Shown: positions 1 to 9,384 of the stretch, piece by piece | Numbering within the stretch: position 1 is the stretch's first letter | Layout: the number at the start of each line of letters is the position of its first letter | Virus record (IMG/VR): IMGVR_UViG_3300045971_000144 | Span: 1 to 52,713 of that record | Source: a virus | Lineage: Duplodnaviria > Caudoviricetes | DNA length: 52,713 nt | Reading direction: 5' to 3' (one strand) | Notes under the pieces: generated by a model | What the model was told of the DNA's origin: nothing | Database searches by the model: none | What the model saw: only the letters and a program-made list of their open reading frames with translations | Made by a program: the position numbers and the translations under genes

Positions 1-228
1 ACAACCGGTAGCAAAGTTTCCAAGCTTAAAAACGGTAACGTCATGGTGCGTCGCGGTTACTTTTACCGCAATGGCATGGACGATGTCGCGTTCAACAACC
101 TAGTCGTTAACGCACTGCAAAAGGCAGGCGTTCCAGTTAACGTGGTTGACTTTGGTGACCACTGGGCTGCATTTAGCGGCGGCGCAAGCCTTGCCCGCTC
201 GTCTCACTTCTACGTTGAACTCGCTTAA
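1..228 (+). CDS. hypothetical phage protein (5'-truncated at window edge)
   Basis: Frame is open from position 1 to TAA at 226-228; the ORF track gives an internal ATG at 43. Confidence 0.6.
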   Translation, partial: TTGSKVSKLKNGNVMVRRGYFYRNGMDDVAFNNLVVNALQKAGVPVNVVDFGDHWAAFSGGASLARSSHFYVELA

Positions 229-246
229 ATACAGAAAGCACACATC

Positions 247-939
247 ATGGTAGTCAAAACAGCACAACCAGTTTTCTCAACTTTGGACGTCGTCGTGGCA
301 GTAACCATGGCGTATAAAGCAAATGGTAACAAGATTGAAAAATACAATGTATCCGCTGTACAAGCTGACGATTATCGGCCTGGATCTGCTGCGATTACAA
401 GCAATAAGGATCTCGCTATTGGGTATCTGGATTTTGCTACGAACTTTTCGGAGCAAGACCGAGAAGACGCGAAGTCGCTGGTAAGCTACTTACAGCAAAA
501 AAACATGCTTGACATGTTGACTGGCAAGAAGGTTAGCTCGTTTACACGTGACTTGGTTGCTGCACTTGAAAAAGAAGAAACGCTGAAAAGCGGCATTGGC
601 TTGCTCGTGTATGCGCCAAGTTTGCATGCGACTGGTCAAGCTCGTGATGCAGTGGCTGAGAAAACCGCAGAGTGCTCGTTTGAAAGCAAAGCGTTAGGCC
701 ATGTTGGCGAAAAGATTACTGTAAACTTTACACTGCTTGAAGATCGTTACATTGTGCAACTTGATTGCTATGCCGCATACGGCACTGACGATAACCACAA
801 CCTGGTGTCGTTTTTAACCAAACATAAACACTTGGTGCGGTCAGGTAAATTTACTGCTAAGGTTAAAAGTGCTGCCAACGATAAGTGGCATGGTAACGCG
901 ATGGTTACTTCACTGAACTTTGTGAAGGCTGCGGCTTGA
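247..939 (+). CDS. hypothetical phage protein, possible OB-fold-like C-terminal domain
   Basis: 230 aa ORF; beta-rich C-terminus beginning GHVGEKITVNFTL. Confidence 0.6.
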   Translation: MVVKTAQPVFSTLDVVVAVTMAYKANGNKIEKYNVSAVQADDYRPGSAAITSNKDLAIGYLDFATNFSEQDREDAKSLVSYLQQKNMLDMLTGKKVSSFTRDLVAALEKEETLKSGIGLLVYAPSLHATGQARDAVAEKTAECSFESKALGHVGEKITVNFTLLEDRYIVQLDCYAAYGTDDNHNLVSFLTKHKHLVRSGKFTAKVKSAANDKWHGNAMVTSLNFVKAAA

Positions 940-1255
940 ACAATGTCTCGCCTGGGTGATTTTCACGCTCATGCTGCTCAATGAGTGTTAATCGTTGTTC
1001 AAGTTTAATACTTTCTTCTTCATTGTGCACTAAATGCTTATAAAACACAGTAGTTAATCCAAATACTATTGTAATTAAACAAACTAAAAGACTAATTATA
1101 ATGTCTTGAACCCTTGTTTGTCTTCTGTCAGGTGCAACTCTCCGCAATTTAATTGCACGAGAATCCATAGATGATGCTAATCTTGCGGCGGCGTTATCTA
1201 AATCTTTTGTGCCCAAATCGTGTTGAGCTTTATCAGTTGCGGGTGATTTACCCAT
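905..1255 (-). CDS. hypothetical single-pass membrane protein
   Basis: One hydrophobic helix (IIISLLVCLITIVFGLTTVFY); overlaps the upstream minus-strand gene. Confidence 0.6.
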   Translation of the reverse strand: MGKSPATDKAQHDLGTKDLDNAAARLASSMDSRAIKLRRVAPDRRQTRVQDIIISLLVCLITIVFGLTTVFYKHLVHNEEESIKLEQRLTLIEQHERENHPGETLFKPQPSQSSVK

Positions 1256-1691
1256 AATTAACTCCTCCCGTCAAGTGGTTCACTTGAGAACCAAGTCTCG
1301 CATTATCAACTGCTAACTTGTTCATTTCAGTTTTTGCAGTGTCTAAACTTAATGCTAACTTTTCCACAAGTGCTTTCAACTCTATAACTTGCACTGATAA
1401 AAATTCAACCTGGGCAGTTAGTTTGCCAACTTTAGCAATTGCCTCGTTTCGTTCTGCTTCGATTACACCTAACCGCTCCATAAGCTTGTCGCGGTCTTTT
1501 TTAATTTCATCCCGCTCAGTTTTAAACGAGTTAATAAGATCAATGTGTGATTTATCATCACCGAGAGTTTTAGAGTCAGCAGACATACGACGGCGTATCA
1601 TTGATACGCCATACGCTATCACTACAGTAATTGACGGGACGCCAACTGCCCAGGATAAAATATCGTTAGCTAACTGTGGTTCATTTGCCAT
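1248..1691 (-). CDS. membrane-anchored coiled-coil protein
   Basis: N-terminal TM segment followed by a long heptad-rich region; overlaps both neighbours. Confidence 0.65.
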   Translation of the reverse strand: MANEPQLANDILSWAVGVPSITVVIAYGVSMIRRRMSADSKTLGDDKSHIDLINSFKTERDEIKKDRDKLMERLGVIEAERNEAIAKVGKLTAQVEFLSVQVIELKALVEKLALSLDTAKTEMNKLAVDNARLGSQVNHLTGGVNYG

Positions 1692-2118
1692 AATTATTCC
1701 GAAACAAAGACCACACCGAGAATATAGTCATTGTAATTTGTGCAGACCAAATTGGTGGCCAATTGTGGTCTAATAAAAAATACGCAACCATAATAATAGA
1801 CGTTGTGGTTGTCCATAACAACGCGGCAAGCAATGAGTCAAATACCACGAACCATTTGTTTTTCGTAGCAGTTACGAGCCCAACGAATCCAAAAACACCC
1901 TGTATTAAAAACAAAAGCAACCACATGTGCGAAGGCATTACAGATGCTAACAAATCTTGCGCTGGAGATATTAAATGAAAATTGTCATTAGGAATAAGTG
2001 CTATCCCTATTAGGGCTGCCCATATCAATGAGGCTATGCACAGCATCACGCGAAACATAAAGAATTCATCTACTTTACGCAGATTATTTTTTATATTTGA
2101 TTTTGTTAATATGCTCAC
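1681..2118 (-). CDS. hypothetical 4-TM membrane protein (holin-like?)
   Basis: Four hydrophobic segments; AAGGAG SD and a minus-strand TAAATA upstream (~2136-2141). Confidence 0.65.
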   Translation of the reverse strand: MSILTKSNIKNNLRKVDEFFMFRVMLCIASLIWAALIGIALIPNDNFHLISPAQDLLASVMPSHMWLLLFLIQGVFGFVGLVTATKNKWFVVFDSLLAALLWTTTTSIIMVAYFLLDHNWPPIWSAQITMTIFSVWSLFRNNYGK

Positions 2119-2197
2119 TTATTGCTCCTTGCCATGTATTTACCAAATAGTAAGGTGTAAGTAAAGTGTAATGTTATTGTGTGCTACCGCACATTGA

Positions 2198-2286
2198 AAT
2201 AATACCGTCGTGGCGCCTAAATGCTTATACTAGCAGCCTGCGTATATGTGTGGGCTTGTTTGAAGGGCTGCCACGACGTTATTATT
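2198..2286. repeat. 17-bp imperfect inverted repeat enclosing inner hairpins
   Basis: AATAATACCGTCGTGGC (2198-2214) pairs with GCCACGACGTTATTATT (2270-2286) at 16/17 positions. Confidence 0.7.
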
Positions 2287-2290
2287 AAAC

Positions 2291-3088
2291 TTATTCGTCT
2301 CCGTAAATCTTCAGGATCTCTCCAACCGCTGCATGTCGTTGTATGTCCCTCCTAGTAAACTCAACGCCAAATATGTATTCATGCCCGCGGAAATTCTGCG
2401 ACCTAATTTGGAAGTCCATTAACCCGTTTGAGTTAGCTTGCCTGTCAGTTTGCTGTATGTCTCCAGTTACAACCAACCTGCAATTCTCCCCAATCCGTGT
2501 CAGCAACATCTTCATCTGCGATGGTGTTGCGTTTTGCATTTCATCTGCAATGATCCATGCATTCTTAAATGATCTTCCTCTCATAAAAGCTAATGGTGAT
2601 ATTTCGATAGTCTCCTCCTCTAACATCATCGTAATCTCTCTTGGTGAGTAATACTCTTTCATCACATCAAAAATTGGTCGTGTCCACGGTTCCATTTTCT
2701 CATTGAGTGTACCTGGAAGGAAGCCATGCTTCTCATCGTCTACACCAACTGCTGGACGGGTGATAATGATTTTCTGGATCACCCCCTCTTTTAATGCCTT
2801 GATCGCTGCGAGAACAGCTAACATGGTCTTACCCGTACCTGCAGGGCCTGTCGCAAACACTATCAATTTTGCTGGATTCTCTAGTAAATCTATATACTCC
2901 TCTTGGGCTATGCTCTTTGGTATCAATGCAACAGTCTTACGCTTACTTACAAATGAATTAAAATTTACGATGTTCTCGTTTGTAAACGGCTTCTTCATTC
3001 CTTTGTGTGGTGTTGTATGACGTGGTCTCTCCATTTCAATCTCTACTTGTCTAGCACTCGATTGCTGCACATACTTACGTTTAGCCAA
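2291..3088 (-). CDS. phoH: PhoH-like ATPase
   Basis: GPAGTGKT Walker A, ITRP, GFLPG, PLAFMRGRSF, ADEMQN, LTRIG, VTGDIQQTD and QRH motifs. Confidence 0.95.
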   Translation of the reverse strand: MAKRKYVQQSSARQVEIEMERPRHTTPHKGMKKPFTNENIVNFNSFVSKRKTVALIPKSIAQEEYIDLLENPAKLIVFATGPAGTGKTMLAVLAAIKALKEGVIQKIIITRPAVGVDDEKHGFLPGTLNEKMEPWTRPIFDVMKEYYSPREITMMLEEETIEISPLAFMRGRSFKNAWIIADEMQNATPSQMKMLLTRIGENCRLVVTGDIQQTDRQANSNGLMDFQIRSQNFRGHEYIFGVEFTRRDIQRHAAVGEILKIYGDE

Positions 3089-3212
3089 AATGTTGTCTCC
3101 TTTAAAGTTGCAAACCCTATGCTTGCAAAAATATTTAAGTCACACAGAAAAAAGCAAAACTAACACTTTAAAAATTTTGTTATTGGTGTAAATAGATTCT
3201 AAGAGTAACTTT

Positions 3213-3731
3213 TTATCGAGACCACTCTGCGTATATACGCCTGCCACTGTCCCAGCGACACTCTTTCAAGTTAAACCCAAACTTAATCGCTAGCCTAATC
3301 TGTTCTTCTATCGACCAAGGGTAAAACGGTATCTCTCCACACTTGTCATTGTTGTGGTCCGCCCTGCCAGGATTACAGCGCCAATAAATCCTTGCTGTTG
3401 GATTTAACCACGAAACAACTTTAGTGATTTGCGCTTCGATATCGTCAACTGATCCAAAATTTATGCTACCCAAGCAAAACGCGACATCAAATTTTGTATC
3501 AGGCATAAAATCCTCTATTGATATTCTAATGTCAGCAGCATCGTTAGCTGGGTCAATTCCAATCAAGTTTGGGATTTTTCCCTTAAACGGGTTGTATCCG
3601 CAGCCAACGTCAATGACATTTTCGCTAGGCTTTACTTTGTGTGTCAATGCCCAGCCAGAGAACTCGTACTGATCTATGTTTGACTTCCATGTGTGTTCGA
3701 AATAAGTGTTTAATAAGGTTTGGTTTTTCAT
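3213..3731 (-). CDS. class I SAM-dependent methyltransferase-like protein
   Basis: VIDVGCG motif I, IGID, FDVAFCL; ATG 3731 chosen because it lies downstream of a minus-strand TAAATA (3737-3742). Confidence 0.75.
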   Translation of the reverse strand: MKNQTLLNTYFEHTWKSNIDQYEFSGWALTHKVKPSENVIDVGCGYNPFKGKIPNLIGIDPANDAADIRISIEDFMPDTKFDVAFCLGSINFGSVDDIEAQITKVVSWLNPTARIYWRCNPGRADHNNDKCGEIPFYPWSIEEQIRLAIKFGFNLKECRWDSGRRIYAEWSR

Positions 3732-3736
3732 CAAGA

Positions 3737-3755
3737 TATTTAGCATCAATAAATA
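3737..3755. promoter_or_regulatory. divergent pair of T4-type late promoters (TAAATA)
   Basis: TATTTA at 3737-3742 (minus) and TAAATA at 3750-3755 (plus), between divergent genes. Confidence 0.6.
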
Positions 3756-3763
3756 CTACTATA

Positions 3764-4342
3764 ATGAATACTCTACCCACCCACATATTTTTTACAGGTG
3801 TTCCTGGATCACGTTGGTCAGGCATTGCACAGACACTAGAATTGTTAGCAGGAATAAACACCAGTGACCACAATGATTCCAGACGATACTCGCATGCTGG
3901 GTTTGGTGGACACTCTGGTGTTTACTACGGAGAGGGAATGGAGTTTCCTGCTACATTGACTGCGTTAGATACATCAGCATGGCAAACTCGCGGTGGCTGT
4001 AAGATTGTAAAAAGCCACGATTGGGCGTATAATCTAAATAGCATTAAGCAAATGTATTCTAATGTGTGGATCATGCTTGTTTACCGTCCAGACAAGGCAA
4101 GCTTTGACTGGTGGAAGGAAGCGGGTGGTTTTGACATTAAGTACCCAAGTTATGTTTGGTACGAGAATGATGAGAAAATGATGGCAGAGATTAAAAAGCA
4201 AAACGAATGTATTTTAGAATTTGCTGAAAAACATAAGGCCAATTGGTCGCAATTTGATAGTTTATGGATACGAGAAAACTTTGATCAATTTGTATCAGTT
4301 GATAAAGTTTGGCCAGACATTATGGTTGCATTGATAAAATGA
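3764..4342 (+). CDS. sulfotransferase-like / P-loop-like protein
   Basis: N-terminal IFFTGVPGSRWS loop, IVKSH and LVYRP resemble the PAPS-sulfotransferase layout; ATG 3764 follows the late promoter. Confidence 0.5.
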   Translation: MNTLPTHIFFTGVPGSRWSGIAQTLELLAGINTSDHNDSRRYSHAGFGGHSGVYYGEGMEFPATLTALDTSAWQTRGGCKIVKSHDWAYNLNSIKQMYSNVWIMLVYRPDKASFDWWKEAGGFDIKYPSYVWYENDEKMMAEIKKQNECILEFAEKHKANWSQFDSLWIRENFDQFVSVDKVWPDIMVALIK

Positions 4343-4872
4343 TTTTAATACTGTATACTGGAGGTGCTGCTGGGAATTTGGTAGCAGCAATAATAGATAG
4401 CAGTCAATTTGTATTTAACAAATGGCATTTTGAATTCATTGACAATTCACCGCTTGCTAAATGGAAGTTTGGCTGCCCCACTTGGCAAACGACTGCTGAT
4501 AAATGTCAAGATCTTGACATAATGGATTTGGATTTTAACAGCGTAAGTAAAAATTATAAATCATTGGCAAGTCATCAACATAATTTTCATATAACGCGGA
4601 AACATGAATTTATTCTAATAGATTCATCCTCTTTACAATCCGCCCAATGGTGTGTGGATAGATTCCGCAAAAATACAAATTTACCATCATCACATGCGGT
4701 ATTTGAACTTGAAAGAAAAATAAAAATCAGTAAAAATCTTGCATTACACACTAACAAAATAATTAAACTTGAAGACATCATAAATGGGAAACTGATTGAA
4801 ATAATGAAGCAATGGACTGATCTTCCATTAAATGATGAGCTTTACAAAATGTGGTTGGATGCTAATGTTTAA
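4339..4872 (+). CDS. hypothetical protein with Gly-rich N-terminal loop (sulfotransferase-like)
   Basis: ILILYTGGAAGNLVA, ASH, IIKLEDI; ATGA overlap with the previous gene. Confidence 0.45.
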   Translation: MILILYTGGAAGNLVAAIIDSSQFVFNKWHFEFIDNSPLAKWKFGCPTWQTTADKCQDLDIMDLDFNSVSKNYKSLASHQHNFHITRKHEFILIDSSSLQSAQWCVDRFRKNTNLPSSHAVFELERKIKISKNLALHTNKIIKLEDIINGKLIEIMKQWTDLPLNDELYKMWLDANV

Positions 4873-4875
4873 ATC

Positions 4876-6333
4876 ATGAACTTATTCATCACATACCTTC
4901 CATTTTTACTTGCAGGCACATTGTACGGGTTCGTCTTTGGACTTATTCCTGTTGCAGGAGCAATGACTGGGCTGCTGACAGTTTACAGCTTTATTGGAGT
5001 GTTTGGGCACGACCCATACGCAATGGTTGTTTTTACAACGGCGTTGGTGGTAGCATGTAGTATAGGTGATTTATTCTCAAGCATCGTCATGAACATACCT
5101 GGTGCTGCTGGTAGCGCAGCGACGATGGTAGACGGTTTCCCAATGAGCAAAAAGGGGCAGGCGGCACGAGCGTTAAGCGCAGGTATTTTTAGCAGTGTTG
5201 GGCAGGGGTTAGTGTGGGGCACGTTAGTATTTTTGTTCTTGCCGTATTACGCTCCCGTGGTGTTGAGCTTTGGTATACCTGAAATGCTAATGTTCTTAGT
5301 TTTCTCTATGGCAAGTGTCACCTTTATCAATAGCCACCATTGGGGCAGAGGGTTGATTGCGTTAGGTGCTGGTGTATTTTTAGGGTTAGTGGGTCTTGAC
5401 CCAACAACTGGTGCGGCGAGGTTTACGGGTGGGTGGTACTACTTAGCGGACGGCATACAGTTGATACCAGTGATTGCTGGCTTCTTGGCTGTGCCTGAAA
5501 TCGTGGAAGCATTGTACTTTAAGATTAAACATGTTCCACCACCTAAAAACAATCTCGAGCAAATACGGCAAGGCATGAAGGATTCGTGGCGATATAAATG
5601 GGACTCGTTCCGCGGTGGGCTCATTGGTGGTGCAATTGGCTTACTGCCTGGCATTGGCGGGGCAATATGCGATTGGATGGCGTACGGGCAAACTGTTGCG
5701 CTGGCTAAGAATGACAAGATTCCGTTTGGTGAAGGCAATGTGCGTGGCGTGGTTGGTCCAGAGGGATCTGCGTTAGCACAAAAAGCGACCTCGTATGTGC
5801 CTACAGTGTTGTTTGGTGTTCCTGGGGCGCCGTTTGAGGTTATCGTGATGTCGCTGTTCATGATGATGGGACTGGAGATGGGCACAGTAGAAACGCTAAC
5901 AGACGCGAAGTTTTTTAGCTCGCTAAGTTACGGGTACATGGGCAGCTTATTGCTAACATTTGGTATTGCACTGGTGTTTATCAAGTACGCAAGCGGCATA
6001 ACTAAAATTCCTATGAAGTTTTACTTCATCCCTATTCTAGGTGTGATTGTGTGGAGTAGCGTACAATACACTGGTGGGTGGGAAGATTACGCGATGGTGT
6101 TTTTGTGTAGTGTTGCTGGCTTGCTGTGCAAACATTACAAATTTAGTAGGATCAGTTTGCTCATTGGGTTTATACTGGCAGGCAGATTAGAGAAAAACTT
6201 GATACAATACACCTCGCTGTATGACTGGGCTGATGTTTTCACTCGCCCCATTAGCTTAGTTATCATTGCGATGACATTAGTGGCAATCGTGTACGGCATC
6301 TTCTTTAACAAAGCAAAGATTAACTACGTATAA
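4876..6333 (+). CDS. tctA: tripartite tricarboxylate transporter large permease TctA family
   Basis: 485 aa polytopic membrane protein; GLIP, NIPGAAGSAATMVDGFPM, GLLPGIGG, GPEG and FGVPG motifs. Confidence 0.88.
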   Translation: MNLFITYLPFLLAGTLYGFVFGLIPVAGAMTGLLTVYSFIGVFGHDPYAMVVFTTALVVACSIGDLFSSIVMNIPGAAGSAATMVDGFPMSKKGQAARALSAGIFSSVGQGLVWGTLVFLFLPYYAPVVLSFGIPEMLMFLVFSMASVTFINSHHWGRGLIALGAGVFLGLVGLDPTTGAARFTGGWYYLADGIQLIPVIAGFLAVPEIVEALYFKIKHVPPPKNNLEQIRQGMKDSWRYKWDSFRGGLIGGAIGLLPGIGGAICDWMAYGQTVALAKNDKIPFGEGNVRGVVGPEGSALAQKATSYVPTVLFGVPGAPFEVIVMSLFMMMGLEMGTVETLTDAKFFSSLSYGYMGSLLLTFGIALVFIKYASGITKIPMKFYFIPILGVIVWSSVQYTGGWEDYAMVFLCSVAGLLCKHYKFSRISLLIGFILAGRLEKNLIQYTSLYDWADVFTRPISLVIIAMTLVAIVYGIFFNKAKINYV

Positions 6334-6336
6334 ATA
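6329..6336 (+). promoter_or_regulatory. T4-type late promoter TATAAATA
   Basis: Exact T4 late consensus overlapping the tctA stop, upstream of tctC. Confidence 0.65.
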
Positions 6337-6427
6337 AAAGTGCTTACTTAGAAAGAGTACAATGTTCACCAAGGTGAAAACATCGTACAGTCATACAACG
6401 TAAGTGACATTTTATAGGAGAAATCAC

Positions 6428-7492
6428 ATGTCAAAATTGAAGAGCATTCTCATGGCCGTTGCTTTGGGAATTTGTAGCATTGCACAAGCTGAATACCAAT
6501 TCATTGTGCCGCAAGAGCCTGGTAACGGGACGGATATTTGGGCTCGTATTGTAGCCCGTGAGATGAGTAAGAAGTTAGGCGAGGAAATTACAGTAGTTAA
6601 TATTCCTGGTGCTAACGACATTCCTGGGTTCAACAAGTTCCACAACTCATTGCGTAAAGACAACAAGGTAGTGATGGTTGCGCACGGTGGCAACGCAGAA
6701 AGTTATCTGTATCAGCAAGTAGACTACGATTATAAATTGTACGATCCCGTTGGACTACAAAACATTACAGTGATGATTGGCCGCAGATCTGATATGGATG
6801 TGTACAAGGATGTTATTAAATTTCCATCAGCGTCAGGTACTAATCCAGACATTATCGCAATGACATTGTTGGTGTGTGGCCCAGGCAAGACGATGAAAGA
6901 GTACGCAGCTTGTTACAAAGAGCACTTTAGGTATGTGAACGGGATGACGGGCAACGAGCGTAGACTTGCTTATTTCCGTGGCGAGTTAAACTCAATTCGT
7001 GAAACACCGTCAGCGTATATAAAGAACGTTACTAAGTTTGAGAAAAACGTGGACTGGTTTAATCCTGGTGTATTAGACTTAGCGTCAGGCAAAGTAGTAA
7101 CTGATGTAAACTTTCCTAAGGTAACGTTTGCTGATGTGTACAAAGCTAAATGGGGTGTGGCGCCGTCTGGTGACTTGTACGATGCGTGGTTGTTAGTTAA
7201 AAACTATCGTGACGTGCTACAGAAAGCACTGTATGTAAACAAGGGCAACCCAAATCGCGCAAAACTCATCCAAGCCCTACAAGCTACGCTAGCTGATCCA
7301 ATCAGCCTAGCAGCAATTGAGAAAGAAACGGGTAAATATCAGTGGATTATTGGCGATGATGTTAATAAAGCCCAAGCTACGTTAGAAAAGCTTACTACCA
7401 AGAAAGCACTTAAAGATTTAGTTTGGTTCACTGGTACAGTGCTCGGCAAAGAAGCTATTTACAAAGACAACATAGCAGCAAAAGCACATTAA
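6428..7492 (+). CDS. tctC: TctC/Bug-family periplasmic substrate-binding protein
   Basis: Signal peptide; IVPQEPGNGTDIWAR..VVNIPGA matches the Bug/TctC N-terminal motif; AGGAG SD at 6416-6420; adjacent to tctA. Confidence 0.8.
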   Translation: MSKLKSILMAVALGICSIAQAEYQFIVPQEPGNGTDIWARIVAREMSKKLGEEITVVNIPGANDIPGFNKFHNSLRKDNKVVMVAHGGNAESYLYQQVDYDYKLYDPVGLQNITVMIGRRSDMDVYKDVIKFPSASGTNPDIIAMTLLVCGPGKTMKEYAACYKEHFRYVNGMTGNERRLAYFRGELNSIRETPSAYIKNVTKFEKNVDWFNPGVLDLASGKVVTDVNFPKVTFADVYKAKWGVAPSGDLYDAWLLVKNYRDVLQKALYVNKGNPNRAKLIQALQATLADPISLAAIEKETGKYQWIIGDDVNKAQATLEKLTTKKALKDLVWFTGTVLGKEAIYKDNIAAKAH

Positions 7493-7554
7493 TCGTGATT
7501 GTATGCTAGTTGATCGCAAAACAGATAAATAACTTAAACACTATTTAGGTTTAC

Positions 7555-8136
7555 ATGACAACTAGCATACATACAGCACTTGAGAACGTTAAAGAAATCT
7601 ACATGTCGGATTCGGCATTAGCAACGCTTCTCGATTTTGAACGGGTCATTGACGAGTTAGACGTATATGCGTTTGCTAACTGGAAAATGGGTGAATTAGT
7701 AGCAGGTCCAGAGTATGAAAAATACTTTGTTACATGTACTTTTATGTGGCCACACAAGAAAATGCCTGATCCACGTGGTGGTGAGCAATTGCTTAATTAT
7801 AACTGTGAAGTCTTGTACAAGAAAGACGAGTTGGAATACCCAGTGAAGCCAAAATCTCCAGAAGATTTTAGACCTGGTACGAAAATGGCAAAGACTAAAC
7901 GTGTGCCAATATGGTTAGTTACGGTCACAATGCCTAAACAGTTGATGGCTGACATTCACAGAGGTTCAATTGAGTTAGAAAATGACAAACTTGATTTAGA
8001 GGATGTTGAACAAGCATACGAAACTGGCCAAGACGAGGCTGATGTACAGAACGACCAAGGTCAAGACCCAATGGGCGGTGAAGCACCAAATGCTCCTGAC
8101 CAAATGCAAGGAGGCATGCCAAATGTCCCACAATAA
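7555..8136 (+). CDS. hypothetical phage protein
   Basis: 193 aa ORF after ATAAATA at 7525-7531; acidic/Gln-Pro tail. Confidence 0.75.
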   Translation: MTTSIHTALENVKEIYMSDSALATLLDFERVIDELDVYAFANWKMGELVAGPEYEKYFVTCTFMWPHKKMPDPRGGEQLLNYNCEVLYKKDELEYPVKPKSPEDFRPGTKMAKTKRVPIWLVTVTMPKQLMADIHRGSIELENDKLDLEDVEQAYETGQDEADVQNDQGQDPMGGEAPNAPDQMQGGMPNVPQ

Positions 8137-8689
8137 TATATTTGAAGGTATTGAGATGGGCGACTTAGCCCGCCTCATTAATCCTGTAATGTCAGTGGAC
8201 GAGTTCCGCAGCAAGATGGGAGAGGACAAAGACATTATCGTAGTTGGATTTGTGGTGATGAGCAAGTTACCAGCGTTAGACTTAGTTAACTTCTTAGAGA
8301 AGAGCTACGATTGGGTGCTAGACGCAGACGTTAGCTCTGGTGAAACTGCGAATGGCAACTACTATGTGTTCGTTGAAATGCAACGTAACGCAAATGCTAT
8401 TAAGAACATTATGCAAATGCTTGAGGATATGATGAACCTCACAGAGCAAAAGCTAGAAGACTGGACTTTTACTTACATCAACGACCCAAAGGAAGTTCCA
8501 GTTACGTTAGAAAACTTGCAAGCTAAGATTATTACTGACCCGTCAATGTACGAGGCCAAGACGAGCGATGCAGTGACTGAAGCAGCATTGTTTAACAATT
8601 TACGTGCACTAGCTGGTGTGCAAACTAAACCGCTAGGTATTGTTAACCCACAGATTTTAAGCATTCAACGTGCAGCAGGGATAAAATAA
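8123..8689 (+). CDS. hypothetical phage protein
   Basis: ORF with ATG 8123 (MSHNNIFEG), preceded by a purine-rich GGAGG stretch. Confidence 0.7.
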   Translation: MSHNNIFEGIEMGDLARLINPVMSVDEFRSKMGEDKDIIVVGFVVMSKLPALDLVNFLEKSYDWVLDADVSSGETANGNYYVFVEMQRNANAIKNIMQMLEDMMNLTEQKLEDWTFTYINDPKEVPVTLENLQAKIITDPSMYEAKTSDAVTEAALFNNLRALAGVQTKPLGIVNPQILSIQRAAGIK

Positions 8690-8690
8690 A

Positions 8691-9341
8691 ATGGCAACAC
8701 CTTTTGACTTTGACTTTACATTAGAGCAAGCAACAGAAATTTTAGCAAACAACCCAGAGGTTGACCAGTGGTATGCTGCATTAGTTATGGTGCTGCCTGA
8801 GTTTGACATTTACACTCGTAAACGTGTAGCTGCGTTTTTAGCGCAAACAGCACACGAGTCTAATAACTATACTGCGTTACACGAAAACTTAAACTATCGT
8901 GCAGCATCACTAATTAAAACATGGCCTAAGCGTTTTGACGAAGCGTCAGCAGCGATTTATGAGCATCACCCAATACTGATTGCTAACAAAGTGTATGCAA
9001 ACAGGATGGGTAATGGCGATGAAGCAAGCGGCGATGGTTGGACTTATAGAGGTCGCGGCATTGTGCAAATTACTGGTAAAGACAATTACAGCGCATGCAG
9101 CATGGCTTTATACGGCGACTTACGTTTAATTGATAATCCAGAATTACTGGAACAAGATAAGACGGTGGCAGTACAGTCAGCATGCTGGTTTTGGAACTCA
9201 AAGGGCCTTAACGAATTAGCTGATGAAGATAAGATGAGCGATATCACGTACCGTATTAACGGTGGCTATAACGGTGCAGACGATAGAAACAATCGTTACG
9301 CTGCCGCAATGACATTCTTCCAAGACGACAGCGTAGCTTAA
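8691..9341 (+). CDS. glycoside hydrolase family 19 endolysin
   Basis: AAFLAQTAHES, ENLNY, YRGRGIVQITGKDNY, ACWFW and INGGYNG..DR motifs. Confidence 0.92.
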   Translation: MATPFDFDFTLEQATEILANNPEVDQWYAALVMVLPEFDIYTRKRVAAFLAQTAHESNNYTALHENLNYRAASLIKTWPKRFDEASAAIYEHHPILIANKVYANRMGNGDEASGDGWTYRGRGIVQITGKDNYSACSMALYGDLRLIDNPELLEQDKTVAVQSACWFWNSKGLNELADEDKMSDITYRINGGYNGADDRNNRYAAAMTFFQDDSVA

Positions 9342-9384
9342 ATTTCAGCTTTTGAAATAAATATCAATATAGGAGAATATTGAT

